From NCBI RefSeq assembly GCF_963676685.1, contig NC_092354.1:75392001-75456000 (forward strand): a stretch of 64,000 bases of DNA, in the 5' to 3' direction. Under the pieces are notes generated by a model. The model was not told where the DNA came from. It made no database searches and saw only the letters and a program-made list of their open reading frames with translations. Positions 1 to 13,733 of the stretch are shown here, in pieces. The stretch is from Mytilus edulis (Eukaryota). How positions within the stretch are numbered: the stretch's first letter is position 1; every line of letters starts with the position of its first letter. The position numbers and the translations under genes were made by a program.

Positions 1-1577
1 AAAGGCTTAAAGTAAGAAGAACTTTGAATTCCAAATTTGATCAACAATATAAAGAAGAACAAAGGCAGTGGCAGAGAAACAGTAGAAAAAAAGAAGAAAT
101 ATAAAAAACGAAGTTGGCTTGAATAAGGACTTATAATCGAACAGAAACACCTCAGATTCAAATGCGAACAGATCTGTGACTGTGTCAGATTCCGGATCTA
201 TAGTGAGAAAAACTGCACAACACACAAGAAATCAACTAAAAAAATGTACCACAAATCCCAAATGCTTGGACGAGTACTTTGAAACACATCATAAAAAATG
301 CTAGGAAAAAAGGGACTTCTAGACGAGATCAGTTATAAGCATTTGGGTTTTGTGGCAGTTGATTTCTTGTGTGTTATGCAGGTATCTAGGTTTTGTAGTT
401 TTTTCTTTTGTTTAAGATTGTCCAACTTCCTCTGATCATTTTTCAATTTTAGATTCTGCCAGTATTTGAGGGTTCTCTCTTTCCAAGTCTCTTTCTTTGA
501 ATCATTTCTTCTAGAGAATTTTGCCTGGCTTATGTCGGAAATATTTTGCACAAACAAACACATAAAGGGTAAGAACTTTTATATATACAATTTTTTTTTT
601 GCCTTCAATGAAAATTTGATGGCTAAATTGGGTCTCGAAGTTGAGAGAAAAATATGCTCTCAAAGTCCAACCGAAAACGGCGGCTTCAGCATTATGACGT
701 CGAAGTAAGGCGTCAAAGAAAAAAAATATAATAGCCTTTCATGACGTCATAATTATTTGGACTAGATCCGCCCCTGCAGCTGGAATCCTACAAGTTTCCA
801 GAGATCTAGAACATCTGTATCTCCTTTTCTGTTTGATTTGTTATTCAGTAATTTTATAAGCTAATAAGGCTGATTTCTACACATTAACAGCTTATTTTCA
901 GATTTGTTTTATATTTGTGTCCGCCATATTGGGATGATCGTAATTGCAGTTACGATCATCACGTTGACACCAGTGTTTAAATAGGATTGATTAAGGGACG
1001 TAACACCACTACTAACCGTGTATGAAATAAGCCCCGCCTTCTTTTTAACCTAATATGGTACCTAAAGGGACGTAACAGTCACACCACTACTAACCGTGCA
1101 TAAAATAAGTCCCGACTCCCTACTAACCTAATATGAAATATACACGGTCTCCACGCGGACGCTTAAAATCCAATCATATTTCTATAAATGTGTAGGAGGT
1201 AAGATAAAGTGTGTTACACCATAAACAACATAGACTGTCACAGGGATTTACACAGAGGTGCCTACAGTCTGCAGATTTTAGACTTACATTTATTTGCTTT
1301 AAATTACAGAGTTGAACCCGGACTCAATTACTGGAGTTGAACCTTATTGAACATATTGATAGATCAGTTAAGCCAGTAATTAACAAGAAAGTATGAAAAC
1401 ACAAGCAGACGATACACATGATAAATTTATCATGTCTGTGTCTGTGGTGTATGTGGTAAAGGGTTTAGACAACCTGGTAATTTAAAGACTCACACGAAAA
1501 CACATACAGGTGAAAACCCTCATCACTGTGGTGAATGTGGTAAAGGGTTTAGTCAGCGTCGTTATTTACAGAGGCAC

Positions 1578-2756
1578 ATGAGAACACATACAGGCGAACA
1601 ACCTCATGAATGTGATTTATGTGGTAAAGGGTTTAGTCAGGTGGATAGTTTAAAGATTCACATGAAAACACATACGGACAATAATCATCTTTTTTGTGAT
1701 GTATGTGGTAAAGGGTTTAGTGGGCGTCGTTATTTACAGAGGCACATGAGAACACATACAGGTGCAAAACCTCATCACTGTGATGTGTGTGGTAAAGGGT
1801 TTAGTCAGCATCGTTATTTACAGGCACACATGAGAATACATACAGGTGAACAACCTCATGACTGTGATGTATGTGGTAAAATGTTCAGTCTGCGTCGTTA
1901 TTTACAGATTCACATGAGAATACATACAGGTGAAAAACCTTATGACTGCGGTATACGTGGAAAAAGATTCAACCAGCCTTGTAGTTTAAAGAATCACATG
2001 AGTACACATACAGGTGATAAACCTCATAACTGCAATGTATGTGGTAAAGGCTTCAGTCGGCTGGATAGATTAAAGAGGCATATAAAAATACATACGGACG
2101 ATAAACCACATGTCTGTGATGTATGTGGTAAAGGGTTAAGTCAGCGTCGTAATTTACAGAGGCACATGAGAACACATACAGGTGAAAAAACCCATGACTG
2201 TGCCGTATGTGGTAAAAACTTTAGTCGGCTGGATGGTTTAAAGAGTCACATGAAAACACATACGGACGATAAACCTCATGCCTGTGATGTATGTGGTAAA
2301 GGCTTTAGCCAGCGTAGTAATTTACAGAGGCACATGAGAAGACATACAGGTGAAAAACCCCATGAATGTGGTGTATGTGGTAAAGGGTTTAGTCAGTCGG
2401 GTAATTTACAGAGGCACATGAAAACACATACGGGCGACAAACCTCATGGCTGCAGTGTACATGTACCTCATGACTGTGACGTATGTTACAAAAAGTTTAT
2501 TCACCTTCATGATTTACAGAGACACATGAGAACACATACAGGTGATAAACCTCATGACTGTGACGTATGCGGTAAAAAGTTTAGTCGTCTTTGTAATTTA
2601 CAGACACACATGAGAATACATACCGGTGATTACCCTAATGAATGTGGTGTATGTGGTAAAGGATTTGGTCGGCCTGATCATTTACAGAATCACACAAAAA
2701 CACATAATGGCGATAAACCTCATATCGGTGATGTATCCGTTAAAAACTTTAATTAG
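1578..2756 (+). CDS. Tandem C2H2 (Kruppel-type) zinc-finger protein, ~13 fingers; last coding exon, possibly decaying
   Basis: Repeated CxxC-GKGF-x5-L-xx-H-xxx-H with TGEKP/TGDKP linkers. The frame is open from 1425 (two more fingers, no ATG). A candidate acceptor ttacag ends at 1309. Degenerate fingers with stops/frameshifts continue to ~3430. Confidence 0.85.
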   Translation: MRTHTGEQPHECDLCGKGFSQVDSLKIHMKTHTDNNHLFCDVCGKGFSGRRYLQRHMRTHTGAKPHHCDVCGKGFSQHRYLQAHMRIHTGEQPHDCDVCGKMFSLRRYLQIHMRIHTGEKPYDCGIRGKRFNQPCSLKNHMSTHTGDKPHNCNVCGKGFSRLDRLKRHIKIHTDDKPHVCDVCGKGLSQRRNLQRHMRTHTGEKTHDCAVCGKNFSRLDGLKSHMKTHTDDKPHACDVCGKGFSQRSNLQRHMRRHTGEKPHECGVCGKGFSQSGNLQRHMKTHTGDKPHGCSVHVPHDCDVCYKKFIHLHDLQRHMRTHTGDKPHDCDVCGKKFSRLCNLQTHMRIHTGDYPNECGVCGKGFGRPDHLQNHTKTHNGDKPHIGDVSVKNFN

Positions 2757-3431
2757 CTTGGTATTTAACATGATACTAGTAATACATAATAGCGATAAAA
2801 CTTATATCGGTGATGTATGCGTTATAAAGTTTAATGAGCTTGGTATTTTACATGAGAACAAATACAGGTGATACACCTCTTGAAAGCGATGTAATTATAT
2901 AAGTGGTTAAGTGTTTAGCCACGGTAGTTTACAGATTAACATGAGAACTCATACCTATAGTAAGATTAGTGACGTATACATATATGGTTAAGTATGTATG
3001 CATTTTATTGATTTGCACATAATCATAATTGAAGCATATGAAAATATATATAGCTGATACACCTTATGTTTGTGATGTATGCGGTAAAGGAGTTACCAAT
3101 CCTAGTAGTTAACAGTTTCGCATGAAAACACATACAATGTACAGAGACACATGAGAACACATATACAGCCGATAAATCTCATTATTGTGACGTTGATGGT
3201 AAAATGTTTAGTTATCTTAAAGATGTGCAGAGACACATGAGAACACATACAGGAGATAAATCTTATTACTTTGATTTTAGGGGTAAACGTTTTAGTTATA
3301 TAAAAAATGTGCAGAGACACATGCAAACCCATATGTCAGATACGTCTTATGTATGTGGTAAAAGTTTTAATCGGCTTAGTAATTTACAGAAACACATTAC
3401 AAGACATGTATACATTGTATACAGCCTGTAA
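2757..3431 (+). pseudogene. Degenerate C2H2 finger repeats downstream of the stop codon
   Basis: HMRTHTGDK-like remnants with stops, lost cysteines and frameshifts (e.g. ORF 3204-3431). Confidence 0.7.
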
Positions 3432-3575
3432 AATCACAGGAATGTATATACTGCATGTGTGTCAGAATTCATTGAAATTTGTGACTTACAAAGACACTTT
3501 AGAATACAAACTTGGGTAAAACTCGTTAAAAGGTTTTTTTGTTTTAAAGAATTAATTCATTAAACATTGATATAG

Positions 3576-5124
3576 AGGTGTCTTCAACCTATGCCAACAT
3601 TTGATAAACATATATTCAACCTATGCCTACAAACAAAATACAATAGGTGTTGTTAAAGCAATTATTTATTAATAAAAGGTAAAATACAGTCAGTATATTT
3701 AAGCATTAAAATATTACTCTTTGAAAATTCAGATACAAAAATAAAGTATTTGCAAAATTGTGTTGTAGTTAAAATGGAATAATTAAAAATTGAACCCTTG
3801 ATACTAGCAAAATTGTGTTGAAAAAATATAAAGTTCATAACAAAAATATAGACTAAATTTCTGAAATTAAACACTGTTATATAACAATACTTGAGAAAAA
3901 AGAGCAAAAAAGCCATTTCATTAGTACAAATTTAATGATAATTTTTGTTACTTATTATGTTGTATTTAATATGTAACATACAAACATAACAAATATACAA
4001 ATATACCATAACAGATTTTTTTAAATCAAATTAATTTTGCAATATAGTATTTAAAATAAATATCAAAGAGAATATTTTTTTTGTTCATTTATAGGCATCG
4101 ACTTTCCAGTTTGACAATGCACACTTAATTTACTTTGTTTTGGTTTTAAAAAAAATAAATTTCTTCGTTTTTTTATTTATTATATTGAGTTGTGAGATTT
4201 ATGATTACATTTTGTGTCTAGCTCTAATTTGAAACTCCATCATCCGAATTGATAATAAGATAATAATGAGATAATTTGCGAAATTACTAAAACAAAATGA
4301 GTGCAATTTATATAACCAGACTTGTGACTATCCTAAGACCATCGTAAGAAACCTCTCGTGTAGTCCTTGCGTCATGTACTTTGTGACCAACTTTAGAAAA
4401 TGTCAAAATTTAGGACCACTTAATAAAACCCACTAAGGACTAGAATATACCGTAAAACCATCCTTAGACATGTCTTACTCCTGGGATATCTTTCTGAAAC
4501 TTGCCCAAGAGACCCAAGGATAACATGACACCAGTTGATTGTGCAGATCTAGCATCATGTCTTATAGTATGACTTTTGAGACAATCGTATTAGTGAAATT
4601 TGTCTAATTCTATGAATGTGTTGGAATGAAAAGTGACCATTTATAATAGATATTTTTCAGTATTTATTAGATACACGAGTTTCAATAGTGTATTATGTCA
4701 TTGTATTTGAAGAAAACTGTTTTATATAAATTTAGTATTTTGATCATACATTTTATATTATTCACGAGAATGACCCTGATATATATTTAATATAACTAGA
4801 TGATTGTTCCTTTAATAAAAATCCGTAAAATTCAGTCTTTTCCCCCTCATTATTTAATTTTATTGATTTTTAACGTATTCCTATATGAAATAAAGATCAT
4901 CAACACACACAATTATACCTACATTTTCACTTGTACTTGTAAAAGACTTTGTATATTGAGTATACTTTAACGGTAGGTTTAAACTGGTTGTAAATTGATT
5001 AGCCCCTAATTAATTAATGTTTTTATAACACTTAAAATGCAACAAATTATTCAACCTATGCCAACATTTTTTCATACAATTTTATACCTAAATTTCAAAA
5101 TGTTGGCATAGGTTGAATGAACCG
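3576..5124. mobile_element. Non-autonomous TIR DNA transposon with 6-bp TSD (ATATAG)
   Basis: Left end aggtgtcttcaacctatgccaacatttg; right end reverse complement cggttcattcaacctatgccaacattttg. ATATAG at 3570-3575 and 5125-5130. The paralogous locus near 10190 lacks the insertion. Confidence 0.7.
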
Positions 5125-5339
5125 ATATAGATTGTGTAGATGTAAGAACATTTTAGCACATGTATATATATATATATCTGTTTATTGAGATAAACCTTGA
5201 ATTTTTCATTTATGTGGTTGGATGTTTAGTGCGAGTTGTAATTTTTAATTATATATATATATATAGAAAGACACATTAGAACACAAAAGCAAATGTGGTA
5301 TGATTGCCAATGAGACAACTGTCTACAAGAGAACACATA

Positions 5340-6010
5340 GGAACACACGTAGAAGATAAACCCTCATATATATGATATTTGCTAAAGGGTTTAGTCGGCT
5401 TTCTAATTTGCTGAGAACACACATACATGTATTACATGAGAACACATTATGTATGTGATGTTTGGTGAAGGGTTTAGTTGGTTTTCTAATTTGCAGACAC
5501 ATTATAATTCATATACATGAGAATACATCATGTATGTGATATTTGGTGAAGGATTGTGTCGGCTTAGTAATTTTCAATGACACAAGTGAACACCTGCACG
5601 AGCTTAAAATCATGTATGTGATATTTGGTAAAGGATTCACTCGACTTGGTAATTAACAGTGACACATTGGAACACATGCGTGAGATAAACATCATGTATG
5701 TGATATTTGGTGAAGGATTGTGTCGGCTTTGTAATTTTCAATGACACAAATGAACACCTGCACGAGCTAAAAAATCATGTATGTGATATTTGGTAAAGGA
5801 TTCACTCGACTTGGTAATTAACAGTGACACATTGGAACACATGCATGAGATTAACTTAGTGTGGGTGATATAACGGTTTACATTCTGTGTGTTGTTTGCT
5901 ATTTTATTTTAAAATGTGTTATTTGGTAAAGGGTTTATTCGGCTTGACAACTTACAAAGACGCATAGGATATGTGTGATATTTTATTTTTTTATTTAGTT
6001 AAGGGTTCAC
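5340..6010 (+). repeat. Tandem repeats derived from decayed zinc-finger coding units
   Basis: Recurring catgtatgtgatatttggtaaagg...tcggctt...aatt...gacaca, homologous to the finger codons in 1578-2756. Confidence 0.7.
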
Positions 6011-6230
6011 TCGACTTTATCTTACCTTGGCCTTATTGTTATGGATCTTTAGACATGTTAGTTTATGTGGTGCTTGTAGTAAAACTTTATCTTCTACACT
6101 TTTAACATAAATGAATGGTCAGTAAATCAGATGAGACATTTCAGAGTTTGAATTCTTGTCAAATAAAGCGGGTCGTTAGTAGTTTGCTTGGATTATTTAC
6201 ATTTGTGAATATGCAAAATTGGTATTGTAC

Positions 6231-7490
6231 ATGATTGTTGTTTACGTGCGGAGACACTGTGAAAAACATGAAACAAGATACACTAAACGTAAAGTATATT
6301 CCTGAACATACATGAACCATATGTTACTGAACTCCAAGAAACGTCCTGAAAATACAAGAAAGACGTGTCACTGAACCTAAGGTTAAGTCCCTAAAACATG
6401 AACTTATATTGTCCTCCATCTAAAATAGATTGGAAAGAGTGTCGCCAAGTCACCAAAGATGCTCTTTCCTCGTTTTGTGAAAAATGGTGTAAACGGGAAA
6501 AATCTGATAAAATATCTCTTGATTCTTATTTGAATACATGTATGAATGTGGTAGATAAGAGAATATCACATTTTGAAAATAATTTAGAAGTAAATAATAG
6601 AGTACATAATACACCTTTTTCCAGAATAAGAAATAAATACGTTCAATGGCACATGTTTCATGTTTATTCAGCAGGCTTATACTTTACGTTCAGTGGCACA
6701 TGTTTCATGTTTATTCAGCAGGCTTATACTTTACGTTCAGTGGCACATGTTTCATGCTTATTCAGCGGGGCTATACTTTACGGTCACGTGTACATGTTTC
6801 ATGTTTATTAAGCACATAATACACCTTTTTCCAGAATAAGAAATAAATACGTTCAATGGCACATGTTTCATGTTTATTCAGCAGGCTTATACTTTACGTT
6901 CAGTGGCACATGTTTCATGCTTATTAAGCAGGGTAATACTTTACGGTCACGTGTACATGTTTCATGTTTATTCAGCAGGGCTATACTTTACGTTCACGTG
7001 TACATGTTTTATATTTATTCAGCAGGGTTATACTTTACGTTCACGTGTTCATGTTTCATGTTTATTCACCAGGCCAGTAGTCAACACTTCGGTGTTGACA
7101 TAAATATCAATAATGTGGTCATTTTTTATAAATTTCCTGTCTACAAAACTTTGAATTTTTCGAAAAACTAAGGATTTTCTTATCATAGGCAAAGATTACC
7201 TTAGCCGTATTTGACACAACTTTATGGAATTTTGAATCCTCAATGCTCTTCATCTTTGTACTTGTTTGGCTTTATAAATATTTTGATATGAGCGTCACTA
7301 ATGAATACTATGTAGACAAAACGCGCATCTAGCGTACTAAATTATAATCCTGGTACCTTTAATAACTATTATTCATGACTATACGTTACGTTCACTGACA
7401 CATGTGTCGTGTATGTTCAGGACATTTCTTTACGTTCAGTGTAACTTGTTTCATGTTTTTTCACAGTGTCTCTGTAAACGACCATCATTT
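6231..7490. mobile_element. Foldback-like composite element: inverted ends, internal ~47-bp tandem repeats and a Penelope-like fragment
   Basis: 6231-6315 is an imperfect inverted copy of ~7400-7488 (gagacactgtgaaaaacatgaaacaag). The unit acatgtttcatgtttattcagcagg..tatactttacgttca repeats over 6640-7070. 6410-6630 translates PPSKIDWKEC...FCEKWCKREK, resembling the pre-RT region near 31000. Confidence 0.55.
7068..7370 (+). mobile_element. Retrozyme-like dispersed repeat unit with a degenerate hammerhead ribozyme core
   Basis: 7290-7335 agcgtca-CTAATGA-atactatgtagac-AAAA-cgcgcatc resembles the CTGATGA...GAAA hammerhead core of a common mussel repeat, with both core boxes mutated. Confidence 0.5.
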
Positions 7491-7494
7491 TAAT

Positions 7495-7662
7495 AATTAT
7501 GAATTGAATGCTTCTTTTTGTAAATTTATTGGGGTGTAAAAGCGTTGACTGAAGTACATTTTGTATGAAGCGCGGACGCGCTTCATTTTAAAAATGTACG
7601 CACGGTCAACGCTTTTACAACCCTATAAAGTTACAAAAAGAAGCATTCAATACTTATAATTA
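7495..7662. repeat. Long imperfect palindrome (~75-bp arms, tiny loop)
   Basis: ttgaatgcttctttttgtaa...atgaagcgc gga cgcgcttcat...ttacaaaaagaagcattcaa. Confidence 0.85.
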
Positions 7663-9019
7663 CATTTTTTAGCTATGATCATGAAAACACGAATTTATAT
7701 ATTTTATTATTTAATTCACCTGTGCACTTTATTGTTGGAGCACGTGTTATCATGAGTGAAAAGTTGTATTAAGCAATGCAACTGCTTACGGAATAACACG
7801 TGATGTGCAGTTAGCCAATCAGAATAAAATATTATAATGAAACATACATCTAATGTAATCATAAGATGAGATACAATTATCTATGATACAACTCTCCACC
7901 ATAGACCAAATGACGTAAAAGCACAGGCACTTAATTATATCCATTGGAAGACCCACTATCAACGTATATTTACAAGAAGGTACCTATCTACTTTTTTCAC
8001 CTCTCCGCTTCCAACCCTTATTTCTCTGTCAATTCATTCACAAATTTCTTGTTCCATACACCATTCGATTCATGACAAGAGTTTCTTTCAGATGATATAC
8101 TTTGTATTTACCATTAGAGTACACCTTACCTCCAATATAGAAACAAATGCCTGTGCGTAAAAGTTAGCGACTACAGGTCAACTTACGGCTTTAAACAATG
8201 TGCAATATCAATTTCGCATAGCAGGCTATATCAATCCAAGCGAAAACTAACGGCTCGATTAACTTGACAAGAGTTCACTCTGAAATGTCTCGCTTGCTTT
8301 ACTGACCATTAATTTAGGTTGAAAGTATAGAAAGTAAAGTTTTACTACAAGCGTCACATAAGCTAACAATTTTAAAGATCCATGACACTAAGGCCAAGGT
8401 CAGATAAACCTGACAGATAGACATGTACATCTTTCAATCATTGCATACACCAATAAAGACGACCTATTGCTTAACAGACCAAAACACAAAAACTCAGGAT
8501 TGACGAATGAACCATAAAAATGAGATAAATGCCAGATGAAACCTGCCAGACTGACATGTACCCCTTACAAGTTGAATAATTCAATATACTACTTATAGGA
8601 TCTGAGACACAAACCTAATCATGTAAACTAAACTTTGATCACCGATCCATAAAATAAGGTCAAGGTCAGGTCAACACATACTAACATGTAAAGTTGGCTT
8701 GCGAGGAACCCATATACAAAACATCATTATCCTATTACTCAAAATAAATTGTTTTGTTCAAGCAGTCGGAGATCAATGAAAATGTGGTCAAGGACAACTG
8801 ATAAATACAGACGGAAACTGCTTAACATAAGATATAAGCTCTTTATACAAGGTTTGAAGCATCAAGGTCTTCAACTTCCTGGAACATAAAGCTTTGTAGA
8901 AATAATTTACACCGCTGCCGGATAGTAATCTCTATGTATAGCATACGACAAAACGAAAGCTCATATCTTTGGACAGCAAGCAACGCAAAGAGTGTAAACC
9001 GAGTCAACTGCTATTCAAA

Positions 9020-9790
9020 TATCACCTACACTGTTTTAATCTCAAGTATGTGTTCTCATGTGTCATTGTAAATTAAAAAGTGGAGTGAACCCTTTACCAA
9101 ATATCACTTACATGATGTGTATCTCATGTACAGGTCCTCGTATGTCATTGAACATTACCAAGTCAAATTAACTTTTTTCAAATGTCACATACATGTGTTC
9201 TTATGTGTCATTGTACATTACCAAGTCGAGTGAACACTTGAATAAATATCACACACATGATGATTATGTCATGTACAGGTCCTTATGTGTCATTGTAAAT
9301 TACCAAGTCGAGTGAACCCTTGACTAAATATCACACACATGATGCTTGTCATGTTCAGGTCCTCATGTGTCATTGTACATTACCAAGTCGAGTGAACCCT
9401 TAACTAAATATCACATAATTGTGTTCTCATGTGTCATTGTACATTACCAAGTCGAGTGAACCCTTGACTAAATATCACAAAGACGATGCTTATGTCATGT
9501 ACAGGTCCTCATGTGTCATTGTACATTACCAAGTCGAGTGAAGCCTTGACTAAATATCACAAAGACGATGCTTATGTCATGTACAGGTCCTCATGTGTCA
9601 TTGTACATTACCAAGTCAAGTGAACCCTTGACTGATGCTTATGTCATGTATGTGTTGACTTGTATCATTGTTAATTACTATCTCATGTGTCTGCAAATTA
9701 TAAAGCCAACTAAACCCTTTAGAAAATATCATATATGTGACGTGTGTTCATATGTGTTTCTGTAAGTTGCCAAGCCGAATACGCCTCTAC
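9020..9790 (-). repeat. Minisatellite (~60-80-bp units) derived from decayed zinc-finger codons
   Basis: Unit atgtgtcattgtacattaccaagtcgagtgaacccttgactaaatatcaca occurs at least 6 times. Its reverse complement matches the 5340-6010 repeats. Confidence 0.75.
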
Positions 9791-10467
9791 CAAATAACAA
9801 ATTTAAAAAAAAGAAATAAATTCATGATTGAAACCTAGCACCAACATAATAAAATTTAGATCGGCGACATTTAGAACTATTGTGTGTTTATGTAAATTAC
9901 CACTCTCACTTTATCCCCTACCTCATACATCACAATTATAAGATTGTCGCAAATCCTTGGTTTATCTATATATTATTAAATTTAACAACTCACACTTAAC
10001 ACACCCCACCACATACATCATATTTATAAAGTTTTCGCCGGTATGTGTTCTAAGTAATGTGTCTATCTATATATAATTAAATGTTACAACTCCCACTTAA
10101 CATCCCACCACATAAATGAAAATTTCAAGGTTCATCTAACATGTCTAAAGTATACAGATATATGTGCTAATGTTCTAACATTTACACAATCTTAAACAAT
10201 GTAAAATCACAGTGAAAAGTTTATTCAGTCACCATAATTCCGATGAATTCTGCAACACATGCATTACATTCCTGTGGTTTTACAGGCGTTATACAATGTA
10301 TTCATGTCTTGTGGTGTGTTTTTTGTAAATTGCAAAGCCGATTAAAACTTTTACCACATGCATAAAATGTATCTCATATATGTGTTCTCATGTGTCTCTG
10401 AATATTTCTAATATAACTAAAACTTTTACCAACATCAAGAAATAAGATTTATCTCCTATATGTGTTC

Positions 10468-11667
10468 TTATGACGTTATGTGTGTCTGCATATTTCTAAA
10501 GATAACGAAAACTTTTACCACCAACATCAAGAAATAAGATTTATCTCCTGTATGTGTTCTCATGGGTCTCTGAATATTTCTAATATAACTAAAACTTTTA
10601 CAACCAACATCACAGTAATGAGATTTATCGAATGTATGTGTTCTCATGTGTCTCACCGATATGATGTTTATCGCCATTATGTGTTTTTGTTTGTGTCTCT
10701 GTAAATGATCAAGTCGATTAAATCTTTTACCACATACACAACATTCATAAGGTTTATCACCGGTATGTGTTCTCTTGTGAACCTGTAAAATACCAAGCTT
10801 ACTAAACGCTTCAACGCATACATCACCAATATAAGAATTAATGCCATTAGGTGTTTTTGTGTGTCTCTGTAAATGATCAAATCGACTAAATCCTTTACCG
10901 CACGCACCACATTTATGAGGTTTATCACCGGTATGTGTTCTCATGTGATCCTGTAAAAAAACAAGCTTACTAAACGTTTTAACGGACACATCACCAATAT
11001 GAGGATTATCGTCATTATGTGTTTTTTTGTGTCTCTGTAAATGATCAAGGCGACGGAATCCTTTACCACATACATCATATTTAGGACGTTTATTACCGGT
11101 ATGTGTGCTCATGTGTGTCTGTAAATTACAAAGACGACTAAAGTTTTTACCACATACGACACAGTCATGAGGTTTATCCCTTGTATGTGTTCTCATGTGT
11201 GTCTGTATACTGAAGCCGTGAGGTTTATCGCCCATATGTGTTTTCATATGACTCTTTAATCTATCCAGCCGACTAAAACCTTTACCACATACATCACAGT
11301 CATATGGTTTATCCCCTGTATGAGTTCTCATGTGACTCTGTAAATAGCGACGCCGACTAAAACCTTTACCACATACATCACAGTCATATGGTTCATCACC
11401 TGTATGAGTTCTCATTTGATTCTTCAAACTACAAGGCAGACTAAACCCTTTACCACATACACAACATACATGAGGTTTTTCATCTGTATGTGTTCTCATG
11501 TGAATCTTTAAACTATACAGCCGACTAAAGCCTTTACCACATACATCACAGACATATGGTTTATCACCTGTGTGTGTTCGCATGTGAGTCTTCAAACCAC
11601 CGAGCCGACTACAACCTTTACCACACACATCACAGACATGAGGTGTATCACCTGTGTGTTTTCGCAT
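10468..11667 (-). CDS. Tandem C2H2 zinc-finger protein, inverted paralog of 1578-2756
   Basis: About a dozen C2H2 fingers, several degenerate. It shares the truncated GDKPHG(C/F)S finger and the PHIGDVSVK degenerate finger with the + strand copy, and has the same upstream acceptor context (aattacag|agttgaac) near 11830. Confidence 0.85.
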   Translation of the reverse strand: MRKHTGDTPHVCDVCGKGCSRLGGLKTHMRTHTGDKPYVCDVCGKGFSRLYSLKIHMRTHTDEKPHVCCVCGKGFSLPCSLKNQMRTHTGDEPYDCDVCGKGFSRRRYLQSHMRTHTGDKPYDCDVCGKGFSRLDRLKSHMKTHMGDKPHGFSIQTHMRTHTRDKPHDCVVCGKNFSRLCNLQTHMSTHTGNKRPKYDVCGKGFRRLDHLQRHKKTHNDDNPHIGDVSVKTFSKLVFLQDHMRTHTGDKPHKCGACGKGFSRFDHLQRHTKTPNGINSYIGDVCVEAFSKLGILQVHKRTHTGDKPYECCVCGKRFNRLDHLQRHKQKHIMAINIISVRHMRTHTFDKSHYCDVGCKSFSYIRNIQRPMRTHTGDKSYFLMLVVKVFVIFRNMQTHITS

Positions 11668-13633
11668 GTGAATGTTTAAACTACAAGGCTTACTGAACCC
11701 TCTACCACATACACCACATTCATGAGGTTTATCATGTGTATCTTCTGTTGTGTTGTCATACTTTTTTTGTTAATTACTGGCTTAACTAAACCTTCAACCA
11801 CATGTAATACTCCTTGTTCTTGTTCAACTCTGTAATTAAAAGCAAATAAAGTTAAGACTAAAACCTGTAGACTGCAGTCATCTTTCCGTAAAATCACCTA
11901 TAACTGTATTTTTATTTTATTTTTTTGGTGTAACACACTTTATACTTTTGTATCTATGTATCTGCATGTTTGGATTATCCGATAATTCGACTTTAATGCT
12001 ATATATATTACATATATTAAATGATTCGGTAGGTGCGGACTGATACGAACACAGAGGTTGAACTCGGAACAGTTGGGACAAGTGTGAACACAATATTCAA
12101 GCTTGGTACTTACTGTCTAATATTGGATTGTGATCAAGTTTTTGACATAATACGGGTTTCTGACACAACAAAATGTGGTAAAAAATCTTTTAAGATTTGA
12201 AATGGGATATTTGATTCACCTTAAATGGTCTGATATCTCACACCATGGGGGATTCAGCCAGCGGCGTAACCAGGGTAATATTGATGTGGGTGCCAGTAAA
12301 CTTAATTTGCGACCATCAAATCCCCAATCGCTTCCGTCGAAGCTTAAAATACAATACAGTTATCTCCTAAATACTAGTACAATGCATTTAATATAAAAGT
12401 TTTCTACTCAATCTTATATTTGACATCTCAAAAACAGATTCATTACAGCGGCACTTCTGTATATATGGAATTTCGGAATTTAGGAACCGAAGTGATCTCC
12501 CGCAGTTTGTGCTTCCACATTGGGTTTTGAATTTTGATTACTTTAACTAAATCAAGTACATACTTTTTTTCGGTACTACCGAAAAAAAGTATGTACAGTA
12601 TGTACTTGATTTAGTTATTGCCTTGGTTCCTGTGGATAGATTATTTTTTTAAGTTTGATTGATAGTTTTCACATTTGTTAGTGGATACAGAGAATTTTTA
12701 TCATGTCGTCTTTCATGTCACATGAAACAATGTCAGGATACTTAAATGATGTATGGTTTAGAAATTAGTCAAGATCAAGGAGCGTTGCTACGTCAGATCC
12801 AGAAGCAATCACTCCGCTACCTAGGCTCAATTTCAGATGAAACATGCCGGATGGTCTGCGTATCATCATCCTCTCTGCTTGTTATAGTCAGTAACGTATA
12901 GACATTTTACGAAAAAAATCGAGAATACTTTTCTGCGATTGATCCATCTTGTTTTCATAACTTAAAATAATTCTCATTGACAGATCATCCATACTGCGTC
13001 GGAAATGAAAGAACATTATCCAGAAATATCAAACCTTTTACATTCGGATACTCCCGAGTTTTGTCCGCTGCGAACACATACTTTTTTTTTGTTAAAACGA
13101 TGTGGATACTTGAGAATCTGAGAATACATGCAAGCTACGCCACTGTGACAACATAATAAAAAACATCAACAATTTTGTTTTTTAAGAAAGACGGTGTTGT
13201 TTCTCAATAATATGCTGTTGTACAATACTGTGACATTGTACAATACTTAGCAATTGGAGATTATTTGCTATTATTCAAGCTCATAATAAAAAAAAACCTG
13301 TGCTACTAAAGTTAGCTTCTTGAAACGTTTCACAAAATTTGAAATTTCAACAATTTGAAGAAAAGTAATATGAACCAACCTAGTCCCCCACCTCAAAATG
13401 AAATTGGAAAACTTTTCCCCCAACTTTTTTACCCCTTTTGTAGTAATTTCCCCAAAATCCATCAAAGCCATCTCCTTGTGGCATGGAACCGTTCAGTACA
13501 ATTTTAGAGAGAACTATACACTAAATCACAAGTTATTGTCTAGAAACTAGAAAAAAACCTCATAAGTGTTATACTACCAAATCATTTTACGTCACATCCG
13601 GTTGCAAACAAAATAGGGCAGACAAAATATTCT

Positions 13634-13733
13634 NNNNNNNNNNNNNNNNNNNNNNNNNNNNNNNNNNNNNNNNNNNNNNNNNNNNNNNNNNNNNNNNNNN
13701 NNNNNNNNNNNNNNNNNNNNNNNNNNNNNNNNN
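13634..13733. other. Assembly gap (100 N)
   Basis: Run of n. Confidence 1.

Noticed and set aside
6640-7171. ORFs with repeated MFHVYSAGLYFTF
   Set aside because: Products of a 47-bp tandem repeat read in rotating frames.
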